DNA of 64,000 nucleotides from Chloroflexota bacterium (GTDB lineage Bacteria; Chloroflexota; Limnocylindria; Limnocylindrales; CSP1-4): NCBI GenBank assembly GCA_021813655.1, contig JAKAJU010000072.1, positions 853 to 64,852 of the forward strand, read 5' to 3'. Shown piece by piece: positions 63,571 to 64,000 of this stretch (position 1 is its first letter; each line of letters starts with the position of its first letter). The notes under the pieces were generated by a model. It saw only the letters and a program-made list of their open reading frames with translations, ran no database searches and was not told where the DNA came from. The position numbers and the translations under genes were made by a program.

Positions 63571-64000
63571 CTACAGCTGACCGGCTGGGCTCGGCGTCAC
63601 AGGACCGAATGCCCGGACTCGCTCGGTGACGCGATCGAGACGGGCCAGATTTGCATCCACGGGCACGTTGTCCGATACCCCGAGGATCAGCCGCTTGCCC
63701 GACCCGAGCTCGTCGAAGACCTTGTCGAGGTGTGTCTCGAACGAGGCGTCGGACATTGGCCCGTTCATGAACGCGACCGCGGGCAGGCCACCCCAGATCG
63801 TTGTGGTGGCGCCCATCCCTTCGCGCAGCTCCTTGAGAGAGCGCTTCGTCATCGGCTCGGTGCAAACTGACTCGGCGATGTCGAAGCGGCATCCGGGGAA
63901 ATACGGCAGCAGCATGTCGTTCTCGCCGTCGCAGTGGCTGGCCATCAACTTCCCCGCCGCGCGGAGGCGATCGCCGACCTGCGCGACGTACGGCGCGATC
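63571..64000 (-). CDS. uroporphyrinogen-decarboxylase (URO-D)-like family protein; 3' part, runs past the right edge
   Basis: The C-terminal region resembles the URO-D/MtaA fold (TTIWGGLPAVAF...RLILGVSDNVP). Its start lies beyond position 64000. Confidence 0.5.
   Translation of the reverse strand, partial: IAPYVAQVGDRLRAAGKLMASHCDGENDMLLPYFPGCRFDIAESVCTEPMTKRSLKELREGMGATTTIWGGLPAVAFMNGPMSDASFETHLDKVFDELGSGKRLILGVSDNVPVDANLARLDRVTERVRAFGPVTPSPAGQL

Noticed and set aside
1-64000. Search for CRISPR arrays, rRNA or tRNA genes, and IS/transposase or integrase genes.
   Set aside because: No short regularly spaced direct repeats, no tRNA-like cloverleaf candidates in the few intergenic gaps, and no transposase or integrase-like ORFs were seen. 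The island-like regions (ars, low-GC nucleotidase) lack recognisable mobile-element boundaries inside this window.

Overview
This is a ~64 kb window of very high GC content (~70%), with the gene style of Actinobacteria or a similar lineage. Many genes start on GTG or TTG. Several promoters place a -10 element only 6-7 nt before the start codon, so those transcripts are probably leaderless. 4-nt start/stop overlaps of the ATGA or GTGA type are frequent. Almost the whole window is coding. Main blocks, left to right: (1) 1-2.7 kb, the 5' part of an AAA-type regulator and a tungsten-type aldehyde:ferredoxin oxidoreductase. (2) 2.9-6.4 kb, a LacI regulator with palindromic operators and two PEP-mutase/isocitrate-lyase-family paralogs. 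(3) 6.4-15.8 kb, an arsenic / organoarsenical resistance island. It holds a GNAT fused to tandem CMD domains, MarR, a chimeric MFS remnant, a quinone oxidoreductase, a phosphinothricin-acetyltransferase-like GNAT (ArsN1-like), ArsR, ArsP (TPFCSCS motif), a thioredoxin-like protein, Acr3, ArsM, a second ArsR and a MerR-ArsC fusion. (4) 15.9-18.6 kb, a hybrid PAS histidine kinase. (5) 19.1-20.8 kb, an XRE-HTH/TPR regulator, a second XRE ORF and a divergent small ORF encoding a signal-peptide-bearing 41-aa peptide with a strong RBS. I read this as a candidate RRNPP/Rgg-like peptide signalling module. (6) 21.2-37.5 kb, LsrF-like aldolase and LsrE/Rpe-like epimerase genes followed by a long operon. 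Its gene junctions show 4-nt or 1-nt start/stop overlaps wherever the genes are adjacent, so they are probably translationally coupled. The operon encodes a split transketolase, a RuBisCO-like protein, a SorC regulator, a FucA/MtnB-like class II aldolase, an MtnA-like isomerase, a bifunctional class II aldolase/SDR, a ribose-type ABC transporter, an MtnK-like kinase and a SnoaL-like protein. A 23-nt motif is shared by the lsrF-like promoter and the mtnA upstream region. I propose this is a previously undescribed 5-deoxypentose / methylthioribose salvage system centred on a RuBisCO-like protein. (7) 37.8-41.3 kb, a sulfide/persulfide module: SQR, DsrE, an ArsR-rhodanese fusion and a cysteine desulfurase. 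(8) 41.4-43.8 kb, FeoAB. (9) 43.9-52.9 kb, a regulator followed by M20 amidohydrolase, aldehyde dehydrogenase, Fe-ADH and a sugar ABC transporter, with a shared direct-repeat motif at two promoters. (10) an amidohydrolase pseudogene, a second hybrid histidine kinase, PadR, a leaderless MerR plus a VWA protein, a lower-GC 5'-nucleotidase-like gene, tandem transaldolase paralogs, an HIBADH-family dehydrogenase, a cupin and a partial UroD-like gene. No rRNA, tRNA, CRISPR array or transposase was recognised. All calls rest on reading the translated ORFs; no database search was run.
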